Positions 26,415 through 38,488 of a stretch of DNA of 64,000 bases are shown one piece after another. The notes beneath the pieces are model-generated. The model ran no database searches and was not told where the DNA came from. It saw nothing but the letters and a program-made list of their open reading frames with translations. The position numbers were made by a program, and so were the translations under genes. This stretch comes from Balamuthia mandrillaris (Eukaryota), in contig JAVKOQ020000049.1 in the NCBI GenBank assembly GCA_031835245.2, positions 186,001 through 250,000 on the forward strand. The letters run 5' to 3'. Position 1 is the first letter of the stretch, and each line of letters opens with the position of its first letter.

Positions 26415-27155
26415 TCTCTCTTCTCTCTCTGCTCTCTCTCTTGAAAATGTTGGAGAAGAGGCATCTAAATAGGTTTGTTTGATGAAAAACAGAAATGGCA
26501 CCCCAATGGTGGGACGTTGGCTCATTGCCGTATGATAAGATGTGGCCGGTACCTACCCCTCCTCGTTTAACCCTTTGCAAACACAAGCAATCATTTCTCA
26601 CTTTTACTGTTTTCTCTTCTGCTTCTCCTTCTCCTCCTCCTTCTGCTCCTGCTTCTGCTTCTGCCTCTGCTTCTCCTTCTCCTTCTCCTTCTCCTTCTCC
26701 TTCTCCTTCTCCTTCTCCTTCTCCTTCTCCTTCTCCTCCCCTTCTCCTTCTCCTTCTCCTTCTCCTTCTCCTTCTCCTTCTCCTTCTCCTTCTCCTTCTC
26801 CTTCTCCTCCTCCTCCTCCTCCTCCTCCTCCTCTCCTTCTCCCCTCCTCCTCCTCCTCCTCCTCCTCCTCCTCCTCCTTCTCCTTCTCCTTCTCCTTCTC
26901 CTTCATCAGGACGACAAAATATGGTACAAGCAACTAACCTTTGCTTTTTCGGTATATTTTGTTTTTCCTGCTCTTGTCTTGACGACATCCTTTCTACTAC
27001 TGCTTTCTTCTTTCCTCTCTTATCATCCTGAAAATGCCCTACGATGCGACACAACTGAAAGGGTGCCCATCATGCTCTCCGGCCAACGGTTTGCCTTTCG
27101 CTTTTTCTTCCGCCAGGAAACCATGCTTCGCTATGAGACCATCACTATGGAGTGA
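25881..27155 (+). CDS. NUDT1: 8-oxo-dGTP diphosphatase, MTH1/NUDT1-like Nudix hydrolase
   Basis: LLLGRKKRGFGLGKWNG|GGKVEASETIVAAAKRECEEESGL (Nudix box), EMAPQWW, LPYDKMWP|DDKIW|VPIMLSGQRF. Confidence 0.9.
26610..26903. repeat. Compound (CCTTCT)n/(CCT)n microsatellite inside a NUDT1 intron
   Basis: Directly visible pyrimidine hexa- and trinucleotide repeats between GT donor and CAG acceptor. Confidence 0.9.
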
Positions 27156-27256
27156 AGAAACACACGAATTTACCATGACGACACGAAAATTTATCATGAC
27201 GACACGACATGAAGTAATGAAAAATATTCAAACAAGAAGCAAACAGCGCGGTTGTG

Positions 27257-29078
27257 ATGGCAGAACGAGAACAACAGGAGACTCGTCCGAGTGACCTTCC
27301 CTTTTGGCTGTGCGGAGATGGCGACCCGTTGTTGCAACGGTATCACGAGCACCGCTCCACGGCTGCTCTTCCCGAAGAGGCTGAAACTGTTATTATTGGT
27401 TCGGTTTGTTTGTTTGTTGTTGTCGGTCGTTCTTTTTGTGACGACGTTTGGTAGGTGGTGGCTTGGCAGGTCTTAGCACGGCATATTGGATGAAGAGGTT
27501 GGGCTTTCAACGCATCGTTCTTGTAGAGCAACGAGGCCTTTGTGAAGGTTTGCTTCTTCCTTCTTCCTTCTTTGTTTTGCGTTTGTTTCTCTTATTTCCA
27601 TCTTTGCTCCTTCTTATTCTTTCTTCCGTTCAAATAAAGGCGCCACAGGAAGAAACGGAGGTCATCAATGGCCGCTCATTCCAACTCCCTCCGAAGAATG
27701 GTTGCAACAATACGGCCAAGAGGAGCTCCTTCGTATCATCCACTTCGACCGAGAGAACTGCTCTTTGATGCGTTCCTTCATTACTGCTTCCCAAACAAAC
27801 GACAGTGAGGCAAAGCAGAGGTACATCGACTTTGGCTGCGACTTGGTCGAGAACGGAGGCCTCGAGATTCCTTTCTTCTCAGACGAAGTTGGCCAACTAG
27901 AAGAACACTTGAAAACAGCTTCTGATCTGTTGAAAGAACTCAGAGAACAAAAGAAGTTAACTACTGCAATCTCATCAGCAACAGAACGAGAAGGAGAAGA
28001 TTTTGAATGGTGGGATGTTGACAAGTGTGTTGGAGAGTTGTTATTGAGGAAGGAGAAAGTGAAAGGTGGCTTGTATTATCGACCAGTGGCTAGCTTTTGG
28101 CCAGCGAAGTTTGTCTTTGCGTTGACGGACGAGCTTTTGGCCTCTGAAAACGAAGAGGGCGATGACGCCAGAGTTAACATTCAAACACAAACAGAAGTAT
28201 TGCGAGTGACAAAGGGGAAGAAGACAACAGCAACAAACGAAGAAGGAGAGGAAGAAGAAAAGATGTCGTTTGAGGTGGAGACATCGAGGGGAGTGATACG
28301 TGCTGGTGCCATCGTGTATGCAACCAATGCATGGACCACTCAGCTGTTGCCTTCGTTGAAGAACTTTATGACTCATTATCGCGGTCAGATCCTTTTGCTT
28401 GCTCCTTGCCATGACGAAAACGATATAAAGGAAACGGGAAAGGCTGAAAAAGAAGAAAAGACGGAGTATTATCGATGGCCTTACAACTTAAGCTTTAACG
28501 ATGGCTACGAGTATATGATTCAACGAAAGGACGGAAGAATTGTGGTGGGAGGCAGACGATGGATCTCGCCAACCATGGAAGAAGCCACTTTAAACGACAG
28601 CGTCTATAACGTGGCTATCAGCAACTCCCTCAAAAGCTTTGTCAAAAGCGTCTTTCCTATCACAATTGTTGGTGAAGAAGAGGAGGCAAGTGACGACGAT
28701 GAACAGGAGGATGAACTGGAAGGGAAGTTACGGTTCAAGGTGGAACGGCAGTGGACGGGTATCATGGGACAAACAAGCGATGACTTTCCTCTACTTGGTC
28801 CTTTATCATTCAAACGAACGAACAGGAAGGAGGACTCCATTAAAGAAGAGAAGAAGGACGAAGAAGACTTGCAAGCGTCTCTTTATCGTAACAGCAACAG
28901 CAAGAGAAAAGTGCCAAACGGAGAGTACGTCATTGCTGGGTTTTGTGGTGACGGCATGTCTCGGTGCTTTGCAGCAGGAAAGCGGCTGGCGGAGAGCATG
29001 TGTTGTGAGGATCGCGTTGGCCGTATCCCTCGTGCTTTCCTTCCGCAGCGGGCATTCTCTTCTGTTTCGGCTTCTTAG
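27257..29078 (+). CDS. FAD-dependent oxidoreductase (DAO/PuuB-like family)
   Basis: VIIG|GGLAGLSTAY dinucleotide-binding motif, GATGRNGGH after splicing, VYATNAWT, WTGIMGQTSDDFPLLG, AGFCGDGMSRC. Confidence 0.88.
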
Positions 29079-29472
29079 AAGGAAGTGGAGAAAAAAGCAA
29101 CAATAGAGAAAGTAGAGAAGAACTACGAAGTGGGGATGAGAACCATTATGGAACTTCTCTATCCTGTTTGGCCGATGAACCAAGAATCGCTTCACTCTCT
29201 TTTTCTTTTGGTATTTATTGTGTGTGTTTTTGTGTTGGTCGTTGTTGTTTTGTTTTATGTCTTTTATTTTACATTATCCTCGTTGCTGACAAAACATGTG
29301 GCTATGGAATAGTTTCCCTCTCGAAGGTTTGGTTCAAGAAAGACTCGTGTTTGTGGAGTTCGCTTCTTCTTCAGCAAAAGGACATTTTTATTACCAAATA
29401 AGGACTTCCACAACCTTCAAAGCCGCAACCGCCACACCTTTCGTTAGCTTGCCGCCAAACCTGAAGAGAGAC

Positions 29473-31044
29473 ATGCGCTTCGCCTGGGACCTGTGGCTCT
29501 TCGTGGTAGTGCTGAGCGCTTGCTTACAGCTCGCGTCACAACAATGCACCGGCGCTAATAAACAAAAAGCTCTCTACCTAGGCTACACACTGAACCCTAC
29601 TTTGGCCAAAGTGCCTGCCACAAACCTCTCCGTGCAGGTGAAGTGGACGTCCGTGGAGGACCTCTACTCCTACGGCAAGAATGGCGTCTACGCTGCTCAG
29701 CCCTTTGGCACGGTCGATGGCCCCACCGGCTATTTCGGCAGCCAGGTCTTTGGCAACGGTGGAGGAGCACTCTTGATGTCTCTTTGGGACGAAGCCTTGA
29801 AGGACACGGGACAGTGTGAGAACACTTTTGCTCCCAACAAGACTTGGTGCCTTCACCGGCACGCGTTTCCGTTGGGTCCCAACTGCAAACGACACTGCTT
29901 GGACTGTGGTCTGCACCCCGGTTGGAAAAACACCACAGGCACGCAATGCAGAGTTTCGCTTACTATCGCGGACGGAGATGTCTTCCTCTTTCGTCTTTAT
30001 AGAGCGGCTCTCGACAGTACTTACGAGTTTCAGGGAGTGACTTATGAAGGCAGCGAATGGTACCTAGAGGTGCAGCACAAGACGGCAAATGGGGAGGAGA
30101 GGTTGATTGAGCTTGGAGGCGTCTTTATGGAGAATACCGTTGGAGGGATTTCACGACTAGGAGCCTTCAACGAACACATCGGATGTACCCTTTGCGATGC
30201 ATTTTACACGGTGGAGGAGAGAAGTGGGCCTTGGATTGCAGCACCACAACCGAGAAGCGTGGAGGCTATCACATTCTCAAGGAATGACGATTGGGAGTGT
30301 CAGCTTTACGATGTGGATATATTGCCGGGTCCTGTGGCACGTTTTGCCACAGGACCAGGCGCCGGTCCTGACGCTGCTGCTGATTCTTCTCCTTCTTCTT
30401 CTTCTTCTTCTTCTTCTTCTTCTTCTTCTTCTTTTGATGGCGGTGATTCGTCTTCTGATGCTTCTGACGGGGGCGCTTCTTCTACTTCTTCTACTTCTTC
30501 TGATTCTCCTGATTCTTCTTCTTCTTCTGCGTCTTCTTCTCCTTCTTCTTCTTCTTCTTCTTCTTCTGATGCTCCTGCTGATCCTTCTGCTTCTTCTTCT
30601 TCTTCTTCTTTAGCTTCTTCTTCTGACGGCGGTGCTTCTTCCTCTTCCTCTTCCTCTTCCTCGTCCTCTTCCTCGTCCTCGTCCTCTTCCTCCTCCTCCT
30701 CATCATCGTCATCATCGTCATCATCATCTTCTTCTCCTTCTTCTTCTTCTTCTTCTTCTTCTTCTTCTTCTTCTTCTTCTTCTTCTTCTTCTGCAGATTT
30801 TACTGGCTCCTCTTTCTCTTCCAGTGATCCTACTTCAGGTTCTTCTTCCTCTTCTTCGGGTTCTTCACTATCAGGTGGAGATTCATCCAGGGCAGCAATC
30901 ATCGCTCCAGTAGTAGTCGGTTCGGGAGTGGTACTTGTCTCTGGAGCAGCTGGTACCGCTGGATATCTTTATTGGCGAAGAAGGGTCCAAAGACAACGAA
31001 TGGAACGAAACTTGAAGTATCCTCTCGAATCATTCTCGTTGTGA
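29473..31044 (+). CDS. Type I membrane protein: signal peptide, Cys-containing beta-rich ectodomain (weakly DUF3472-like), poly-Ser stalk, TM
   Basis: MRFAWDLWLFVVVLSACLQLA signal, GYFGSQ...LMSLWD motif, long Ser-rich tract, TM AAIIAPVVVGSGVVLVSGAAGTAGYLYW followed by RRR. Confidence 0.75.
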   Translation: MRFAWDLWLFVVVLSACLQLASQQCTGANKQKALYLGYTLNPTLAKVPATNLSVQVKWTSVEDLYSYGKNGVYAAQPFGTVDGPTGYFGSQVFGNGGGALLMSLWDEALKDTGQCENTFAPNKTWCLHRHAFPLGPNCKRHCLDCGLHPGWKNTTGTQCRVSLTIADGDVFLFRLYRAALDSTYEFQGVTYEGSEWYLEVQHKTANGEERLIELGGVFMENTVGGISRLGAFNEHIGCTLCDAFYTVEERSGPWIAAPQPRSVEAITFSRNDDWECQLYDVDILPGPVARFATGPGAGPDAAADSSPSSSSSSSSSSSSSFDGGDSSSDASDGGASSTSSTSSDSPDSSSSSASSSPSSSSSSSSDAPADPSASSSSSSLASSSDGGASSSSSSSSSSSSSSSSSSSSSSSSSSSSSSSSSPSSSSSSSSSSSSSSSSSSADFTGSSFSSSDPTSGSSSSSSGSSLSGGDSSRAAIIAPVVVGSGVVLVSGAAGTAGYLYWRRRVQRQRMERNLKYPLESFSL

Positions 31045-31317
31045 AAAAAAAGAAGTTGCTGAGTGGTGTTTGAGAGGGAGAATAGAGAAGGACAAGATGA
31101 AAGTAACGCATGTTTCTTTTCAAAAGTAAAAAGCCACAGGAAGGCGTTTTGTCTTATAATTCTAAAGGAAAAACAAAAGGAGTTTCTAAAGTAAAACTAA
31201 AACCAAAAACACAAAAACATCCTTCATGGGTTGTTAAAAGTGAACCTTTGAAGAAAGAAAAGGAGCAAGGAGTATCAAAATCTCATCTTCTTTCTAGGTT
31301 TGTGTCTGGTGCTGTTT

Positions 31318-32985
31318 TTAGAACCTGAAGGGACCAATGGAGGCAGCAGAGGAGGTATCTCCGGTGTTGTAGGCCACCACGTCTCCGCCGTCGTAAGCAT
31401 TGCCGTCATAAGCAACGTCACCACCGCCGTACTCGACGTCGCCTCCATCATACTCGACGTCACCGCCGTCGTAGGTCACGTCTCCGCCGTCGTACTCAAC
31501 GTCGCCGCCGTCGTACATGACGTCACCGCCATCATACTCGACATCGCCGCCATCATAGGTCACATCTCCACCGTCGTAAGAGACATCACCACCATCGTAG
31601 GCCACATCACCGCCGTCATACTCGACGTCGCCTCCATCGTAGGTCACGTCTCCTCCATCATACTCGACGTCGCCTCCATCATAGGTCACGTCTCCTCCAT
31701 CATACTCGACGTCACCGCCGTCGTAGGTTACATCTCCTCCATCGTAAGAGACATCACCACCGTCATAAGTGACATCGCCGCCGTCGTACTCAACGTCGCC
31801 GCCATCATAGGTCACATCCCCACCATCGTACTCAACGTCGCCTCCATCATAGGTCACGTCTCCTCCATCATACTCGACGTCGCCACCATCGTAGACAACA
31901 TCACCACCATCGTAGGAAACATCTCCTCCATCGTAAGAAACATCGCCACCGTCGTAAGAAACATCACCTCCGTCGTAGGTCACGTCTCCACCATCGTACT
32001 CAACGTCGCCGCCATCATAGGTCACATCACCGCCGTCGTACTCCACGTCGCCGCCATCATAGGTCACGTCTCCTCCATCATACTCGACGTCACCACCATC
32101 GTAGGTCACGTCTCCTCCATCATACTCGACGTCGCCACCATCATAGACAACATCACCTCCATCGTAGGAAACATCACCTCCATCGTAAGAGACATCTCCT
32201 CCGTCGTAAGAGACATCCCCGCCATCGTAAGTAACATCTCCTCCGTCATATTCAACGTCTCCTCCATCGTAGGTCACGTCTCCTCCATCGTAGGAAACAT
32301 CACCACCATCGTAAGAGACATCGCCGCCATCATAAGAGACGTCGCCGCCATCGTAGGTCACATCTCCTCCATCGTACTCGACGTCGCCTCCATCGTAGGT
32401 CACGTCACCACCATCATAAGAGACATCACCGCCATCATAGGTCACATCACCTCCATCGTACTCCACGTCGCCTCCGTCATACATGACATCACCGCCATCA
32501 TAGGAGACATCACCGCCATCGTAGGTCACGTCACCACCATCGTATTCGACGTCGCCTCCATCGTAAGTGACATCGCCGCCGTCGTACGAAACGTCGCCTC
32601 CATCGTAGGTCACATCTCCGCCATCGTACGAAACGTCGCCTCCGTCGTAGGTCACATCACCGCCGTCGTACTCCACGTCGCCGCCATCATACATGACGTC
32701 GCCGCCATCATAGGAGACATCCCCACCGTCGTAGCTGACATCGCCATCATAGGAGACATCGCCGCCGTCGTACATGACGTCGCCGCCATCGTACTCCACG
32801 TCACCGCCATCATAGGAGACGTCGCCGCCGTCGTAGCTGACGTCGCCGCCGTCGTAGGTCACGTCCTCGCCATCATAGGTAACGTCACCTTTGCCGTAGT
32901 CCATGGCGCCCCTCCTTCGCAAGGGTTTGGCAAGGCCAGCAGTGGCCAACAAGCCAAGAAGAAGCAAAGCAGCAAATGCCTTCAT
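31318..32985 (-). CDS. Secreted acidic Tyr/Gly/Asp heptapeptide-repeat protein (YDGGDVx)~71
   Basis: Signal peptide MKAFAALLLLGLLATAGLA, basic site LRRR, about 71 tandem YDGGDV[S/T/E/M/V/A] units with varied synonymous codons. Confidence 0.85.
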   Translation of the reverse strand: MKAFAALLLLGLLATAGLAKPLRRRGAMDYGKGDVTYDGEDVTYDGGDVSYDGGDVSYDGGDVEYDGGDVMYDGGDVSYDGDVSYDGGDVSYDGGDVMYDGGDVEYDGGDVTYDGGDVSYDGGDVTYDGGDVSYDGGDVTYDGGDVEYDGGDVTYDGGDVSYDGGDVMYDGGDVEYDGGDVTYDGGDVSYDGGDVTYDGGDVEYDGGDVTYDGGDVSYDGGDVSYDGGDVSYDGGDVTYDGGDVEYDGGDVTYDGGDVSYDGGDVSYDGGDVSYDGGDVVYDGGDVEYDGGDVTYDGGDVEYDGGDVTYDGGDVEYDGGDVTYDGGDVEYDGGDVTYDGGDVSYDGGDVSYDGGDVSYDGGDVVYDGGDVEYDGGDVTYDGGDVEYDGGDVTYDGGDVEYDGGDVTYDGGDVSYDGGDVTYDGGDVEYDGGDVTYDGGDVEYDGGDVTYDGGDVEYDGGDVAYDGGDVSYDGGDVTYDGGDVEYDGGDVMYDGGDVEYDGGDVTYDGGDVEYDGGDVEYGGGDVAYDGNAYDGGDVVAYNTGDTSSAASIGPFRF

Positions 32986-33878
32986 CTATGTATCGCTTTG
33001 TCACCAACCAAACACGCTGTGCGTTTTATGTTTGTTTTTTTTTTCTTTTGCTTTGTTGAGGTGATGTTGTTTGTTTGTGAAAGTGGCCACGCGCAGGCCT
33101 ATTAAATAGTTGTTCGCTAAAGGAGGCGGAGGGTGTTGTCGAGGAAATCCATGGAGAGAACCCATCTTGACCCGCGGGGAGGAGGTTCGCCACGGAACCT
33201 GGCTGGATTGTGCCCGTGGATTTCCCCCTCCGCCCATCTGGGCTTTCCCTTTCGCGCGGCGAAGCGAGATGTTTGAGGGGTGAGCGCATCTCCAAGAGAT
33301 CAAAATTAATCTCATCGGAGATGATCAACTGAAGACTCCCCGTGCATGTTTGTCGACAATATTGGAAGAACGGGTCTTCAGGACCCTCAAGCACGTTTTG
33401 TCCACGGAAATAATCGGTCGACAAAAAGTCCCACAAAAAAAATGCAAAGAAAAAAGTGTCCGTTTATTTTGTTTGCTTGTGAGGGAGGAAGAGAGGGGCG
33501 ATTTTTTTTTTGTTGTCTGTTGTGTGTGTTGCTGAGTTCTTTCCTGCCCAAAGGAACCGCTTTCTGCGTTGCTAGGCCTCCTATTTTTCTACGTAGAAAA
33601 AAACCAAGGTGAGACCCTGTTTTTTCCCCCCGAAGATGTATGACCTTGAGAGGAGAGCTTTTTCAAACTTTGCTTTTTTTTTTTGAGCGATTTGGCGCTG
33701 CACACAACTAACCATTTGATCATTCGTCATGATGTGCCTCCCTATCCAACCAAGAAAGGAAGCTTTGCCAATCGTTGTTTCTCTCCCCCCCTTTTTTTTC
33801 ATTCAAAACACCATAACAAAAACTCGCTGCGTTCCAAAGATCGACCACAAAACAAAAAAAACTTGAAATCACAAGAAA

Positions 33879-36800
33879 ATGATGAAAAGAAAGTTGGCGC
33901 AGTCCTCTCCTAGGCCGCCCAAGAAAGCGCACAACGGCTTTGAGACCGAAGCGTCTGGCAGCAACGCTCCTCTTGATGCAAACGAAGAAAAGGTGTTGCG
34001 AAGATCCTTCTTCTTCTCGCTCTCACTGCACTTTTCTCGCTTGCTTTCTCTCTCTCTCTCTCTCTCTCCATTCTCGCTTCTCTTCTCTCTTCTCTTCCCG
34101 CCACTGCTTCACTGCTTCTCTCTCTTTCTTGCTGCTGCTCTCTTTCGTATCTTTTTTCTGTTCTTTAAATCTTTTGTTTTTGAGGAGGAGCTAACGAACT
34201 AATGCTTTTTTAATCCTTTCGGTGACACAAAGTTGTTAAAAGAGCAAAATAAGGCGTTGTACCATGCTCTACAAGCCAAAAACCAGGAGATCGCCTCCTT
34301 GAAGAACCAAAACAAGCACCTGGAGGAGAGACAAGCACATTTTGACAACACACTCGGTTTAGTAAAACGCAAATGGGACATGGTACGTAACATTCTCTTT
34401 TATATGGAGATGCGGTCACGTTGTTTACTTGAATAACTCTTTTTTTTAACCTTTCTTCTTTTCTTTTTCTATTGTCTTTTTTAAAGCTGGACGAAATGTT
34501 ACAGCTTCTGCTCGTTCGTTATGGTTGTGATACTTCTGTTGAAGAGATTGCCAACAAAGGTATCTTTCCTTTGGCTTGGGTTTATTTCAATTGAGCTCAT
34601 CATTCGTTCAACTATAGTCAAAGACGAGAAACCTCCTTCTGAGGACAAACGTAGCTTGTTGCAACTGCTTTTGGGTGAGAAGGAAGAAAATCGCAAGAAA
34701 ACATTAAAAGAAGAGGAGGAGGAGGAAGAAGAAGAAGAACCACAAAAAACCACAAAAAAGCGGAGAAGAGGTAAAGAAAGAATGGACGTTGTTGCAGAAG
34801 GCGAACAGGGGGATAAAGAAAAAGAAGAGCAAGTAAAAGAGCTACAATTGCAGCAGAAAGTGGACAACGCTTTGGAAGAACGGATAGCCTTCACGAAAGA
34901 TGTATTGATTAGATTGTGCGACTATTCGCAAGCCACGAAAGAAAAAAATGAAGAAGTATATCGATCACTAGCAGAAAAAGCAGCAGGTAAACCCTCTTTC
35001 TGTTTCGTTGTCACTTTCTTCAATCCTTGTTCCTCCATGATTTTAACTTGGTTTTGTTTGCTTCTCTCAATATTATTTTTAGATGCGGAATTGGCAAAGG
35101 AAAACGAAAGCTTACGAAACAGGATGGCGAGATTGGAGGAAAACTTTGAGCAGCTCCAATTTCACCTTTCCATGGTGACTGGCAAACAAACTGAGTACAG
35201 AGATGGGTGGCTGCAGAGTGAGCAGCGTCTTCGTGAAGTATCTTTGGAGTGCGAGGATGCAAAGTTTGAGCTTCAATCCCTTCGTATGCGATCAATGCGC
35301 TTGAAGGAAGAAGTAGAGTACTTGCGCAAGGAACGAGCTGCGGCTCCCTCTTCATCTGCCTCTTCTTCGGCATCCTCTTTTGCATCTGCTTCTTCGGGTG
35401 GCAACACTGAGCAAAGAGGAGGAGAGATAGCAAATGACGAGATGGAGCGTCTTCGGGATGAGTTATCAGATTCGAGGATGAGAGAAGAGACACGCCTGAA
35501 TGAAATTAAACAGTTACGGCATGAGCGCACAAATGTTCTTAAAGAGATAGCACAGTTACGGTCACAGGTACATTGTTTTTCTTTTTACGTTTCGTATTTT
35601 TTTTTCTGTCCTTTGTCTTCATTCCTTTCTCTCTCTCTCTCTTGTCGTTCTTTGTATTTATTTGTAATAACAAGATTCGTTAAAAAGGTCAACAATCCAT
35701 CAGATGCAGTTGTGGTACAATCTCAATCGTACCAGTTGCTTCACCGAGAGGCGCAATTGGCAGTAATGGACCTGGAAACACAGCGCAACATGTGCGCCCA
35801 GCTCCAAAGAAATCTTTTAACTTCGACACAACAGTGGAGAGCAGAAAAAGAGGCAATGGAGGTATGTCTGAAACTAAAAACTTTCAGCACAATCCTCTTT
35901 TATTACACTCTTTTAAAAGTTAGAACAGCTTAACACCTCCCCTTTATTCTTGCTCTCTCTCCAGCAAAATTTAACAGCCCAAATCGAGGAGTTGATGTCA
36001 GAGGTCAGCAAAAGAGACAGTACATTAGCTCGGATTCGAGGAGAACGAGATTCTTTGGCCTTCACCCTGGACCAAAAGAAAGCTCGACAGCCAAGTATCA
36101 AAGTAATAGCAGAATATAAGCACACAATCACGGACTTAAAGGGCCAAGTGGAGCGACTCAAGCAGAAGTGCGAGGCGGCGTCACAACAACAAAATGGCGA
36201 GAAGAAGAACGAGGAAGATAAGGAGAAAGAAACAGAAATGGCTGGGACACAGGCACTTATCTATTTATTTGATTTGCATTTTGTTTTAATTTCATTTCAT
36301 TTTAATGTTTTCAATAACAGGACGCAGAGGCATACTATCTCAAGAGTAAAATTACTAACTATAAGAAACAGTTACAAGAGCTAACACAGAAAGAAAGGTA
36401 CTTTTCTTTTCTTCACTATCTCTTTACCTTCTTTGCTTGTCCTAATAATCAAAATGTTTTTTTTGTCCTTACAAAGGGAGTGGAGCGAGAAATACCGAGA
36501 AGTAAAAATTCTTCTCGAGTGTTATCAAAGCCAACCCAAAGAGCAACGTGATCTTGTAGAGCTACGAAAAAGTGAAAAGTTACTCAAGGAGGAAAAGGAG
36601 GAAGTACTTGCTCGGTTGCAGTTGTGCGAGAACGATAAACAAGCCCTAGAACAAGACAAAGAGTCCACTAAATATCAACAATTACTTGAACAGAAAAAGG
36701 TTTGTGCGCATCTTCCATTCGCTAGCATCTCTGCGTCTCTTCTCACTCTTTACAACGCCCTGTGTTTTCATATCTTTAAAATAGGAACTTTCGCGAGCGT

Positions 36801-37875
36801 TAGCAAAATCAGAACAGACTATTGCGCAGCTCAGCAGTCAGCTTGAAGGCCAAAAGAGCCAAGCTGAGGCATGGGTTCAAGAAATAGAAGCAATTGGTTC
36901 CGCTTATGAGGACATGCAAGAACAAAACACTCGGCTGCTGAACCAACTAACCGAAAAAGACGACGCGAATACCAAACTTATGGCTGAAGTATGTTCCCTA
37001 TTTCTTTTCTTTTATATCCAGCCTTAATCTTTTTTTCTGACCTTTTTACGCTTTCACTTTTTTTAAAAAAAATAGCGAATTAAATCAGAACAACTTCAAC
37101 ATCTTATGAAAGAAGAGAAGAACGCCCTGCTGCACAAAATGAAACTTGCCTCCGAAGAGACTACCAAACTAAAGGAAGTCCTCAGTAAGGAAACGGAAAA
37201 GATGAAGACGCTGGAGAGCAAGCTTGCCAGCATGAGCTTGGAGGCCAAGCAAGCCAGCGCTCTGTTGGAGACCTACAAACGAGCGGCCAGAGAAAGCTCT
37301 GAACAGCTCGCTGAACTGAAAATCAAGTATGAGCATTTGAACAGGAGCATGGCAGAGTTCAAGAAAAAGCTAGATGAGACGCTTGCCAACCTAGAATCTC
37401 AAGAAAACAAGAACTCTCGTCTCGAGGTTTCTCTCCTTCTCTCTACTGCCACTCAATCTTTCCTAATCATATTCCTCTTTAACTTAATTCTTGCAAATGA
37501 ACATTCACAAAAACAAAAGGAGGATTATCAAAATGTCAAACGAAAATTGGAGAGAGTAACTGGCCGTGGCACTGTAGATAGTATGTTAGAGGAAGAACTT
37601 GCCTCAGTGAAGGTACTCCCTTTTTTTCCTTCCCCATTCCACTTTTATCCTCAAATTTACTCATGCCTTTTTTTGTGCAACAACAGAAAGTATTGCGTTG
37701 TCCTGTTTGCAATGATAGGCTCAAAGACACGGTGATCACTCGGTGCATGCACGTCTTTTGCAGTCCATGCATCCAAAAGAATCTCAGCACGCGCCACCGC
37801 AAATGTCCTGGCTGTGGCAAGTCCTTTGGAGAAAAGGATGTACAAAGCATATACCTTGGTTTTGAACAAGCATAA
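33879..37875 (+). CDS. BRE1: BRE1/RNF20-40 histone H2B E3 ubiquitin ligase (multi-exon)
   Basis: Long coiled coils, EIEAIGSAYEDMQEQNTRLLNQLTEKDDANTKLMAE motif, C-terminal RING LRCPVCNDRLKDTVITRCMHVFCSPCI...RHRKCPGC. Confidence 0.93.
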
Positions 37876-38001
37876 CCACAAAGAAAAATCTACCAAAACG
37901 CATTTTCTTCTTTGCTTGAGGACAATCCCAAATCTTTCGGCGTCGTAAAGAAAGTGATAAATCTATTGTGAATCTAAATTCAATTTCCATTTATCAATTC
38001 C

Positions 38002-38074
38002 GCCCCTATAGCTCAGCTGGTAGAGCGTTAGACTGAAGATCTAAAGGTCGCTGGTTCAAACCCGGCTGGGGGCA
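38002..38074 (+). tRNA. tRNA-Phe(GAA)
   Basis: 73-nt cloverleaf GCCCCTATAGCTCAGCTGGTAGAGCG-TTAGACTGAAGATCTAA-AGGTCGCTGGTTCAAACCCGGC-TGGGGGCA, anticodon GAA. Confidence 0.97.
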
Positions 38075-38302
38075 CTTCTCGTTTGCACTTCTCGTTTTTT
38101 TTAAATTTCAGAAGGTCCTTCCTTGCCAGAGAGAAGAGAATGCAAGGCATGTTTCTATTTTGTTTCTATGCTGTTCTTGCACCTTTTGAATTCATTCTCT
38201 CACCCGAAGTCGACTGCATCCTGTTTCATTCAAAACACAATTTTCCAATTAAAAAAAACAAACAAGTCAACAAACAAATAACAGAGATGTACCAAAAAGA
38301 AG

Positions 38303-38375
38303 TGCCCCCAGCCGGGTTTGAACCAGCGACCTTTAGATCTTCAGTCTAACGCTCTACCAGCTGAGCTATAGGGGC
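38303..38375 (-). tRNA. tRNA-Phe(GAA), identical copy
   Basis: Exact reverse complement of 38002-38074, followed by a T-run terminator on the minus strand. Confidence 0.97.
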
Positions 38376-38488
38376 TTCTTGGAGAAAAAATCCAAATAAT
38401 GCACACGTAATATAGTATGGATTGCAGTTGCCACCGGCAAAGCGACTTCCTCCTGCAAGGAGGAAAAGTCAGGAAACAAAAAACAAAG

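Noticed and set aside
26332..27054. Poly-Arg/Gly-Glu/Ser-Pro ORFs on both strands
   Set aside because: Translations of an intronic microsatellite in NUDT1
31300..33105. 601-aa hydrophobic ORF antisense to the YDGGDVx gene
   Set aside because: By-product of the repeat's codon usage, which gives no antisense stops. The minus-strand protein has the signal peptide and the conserved amino-acid pattern
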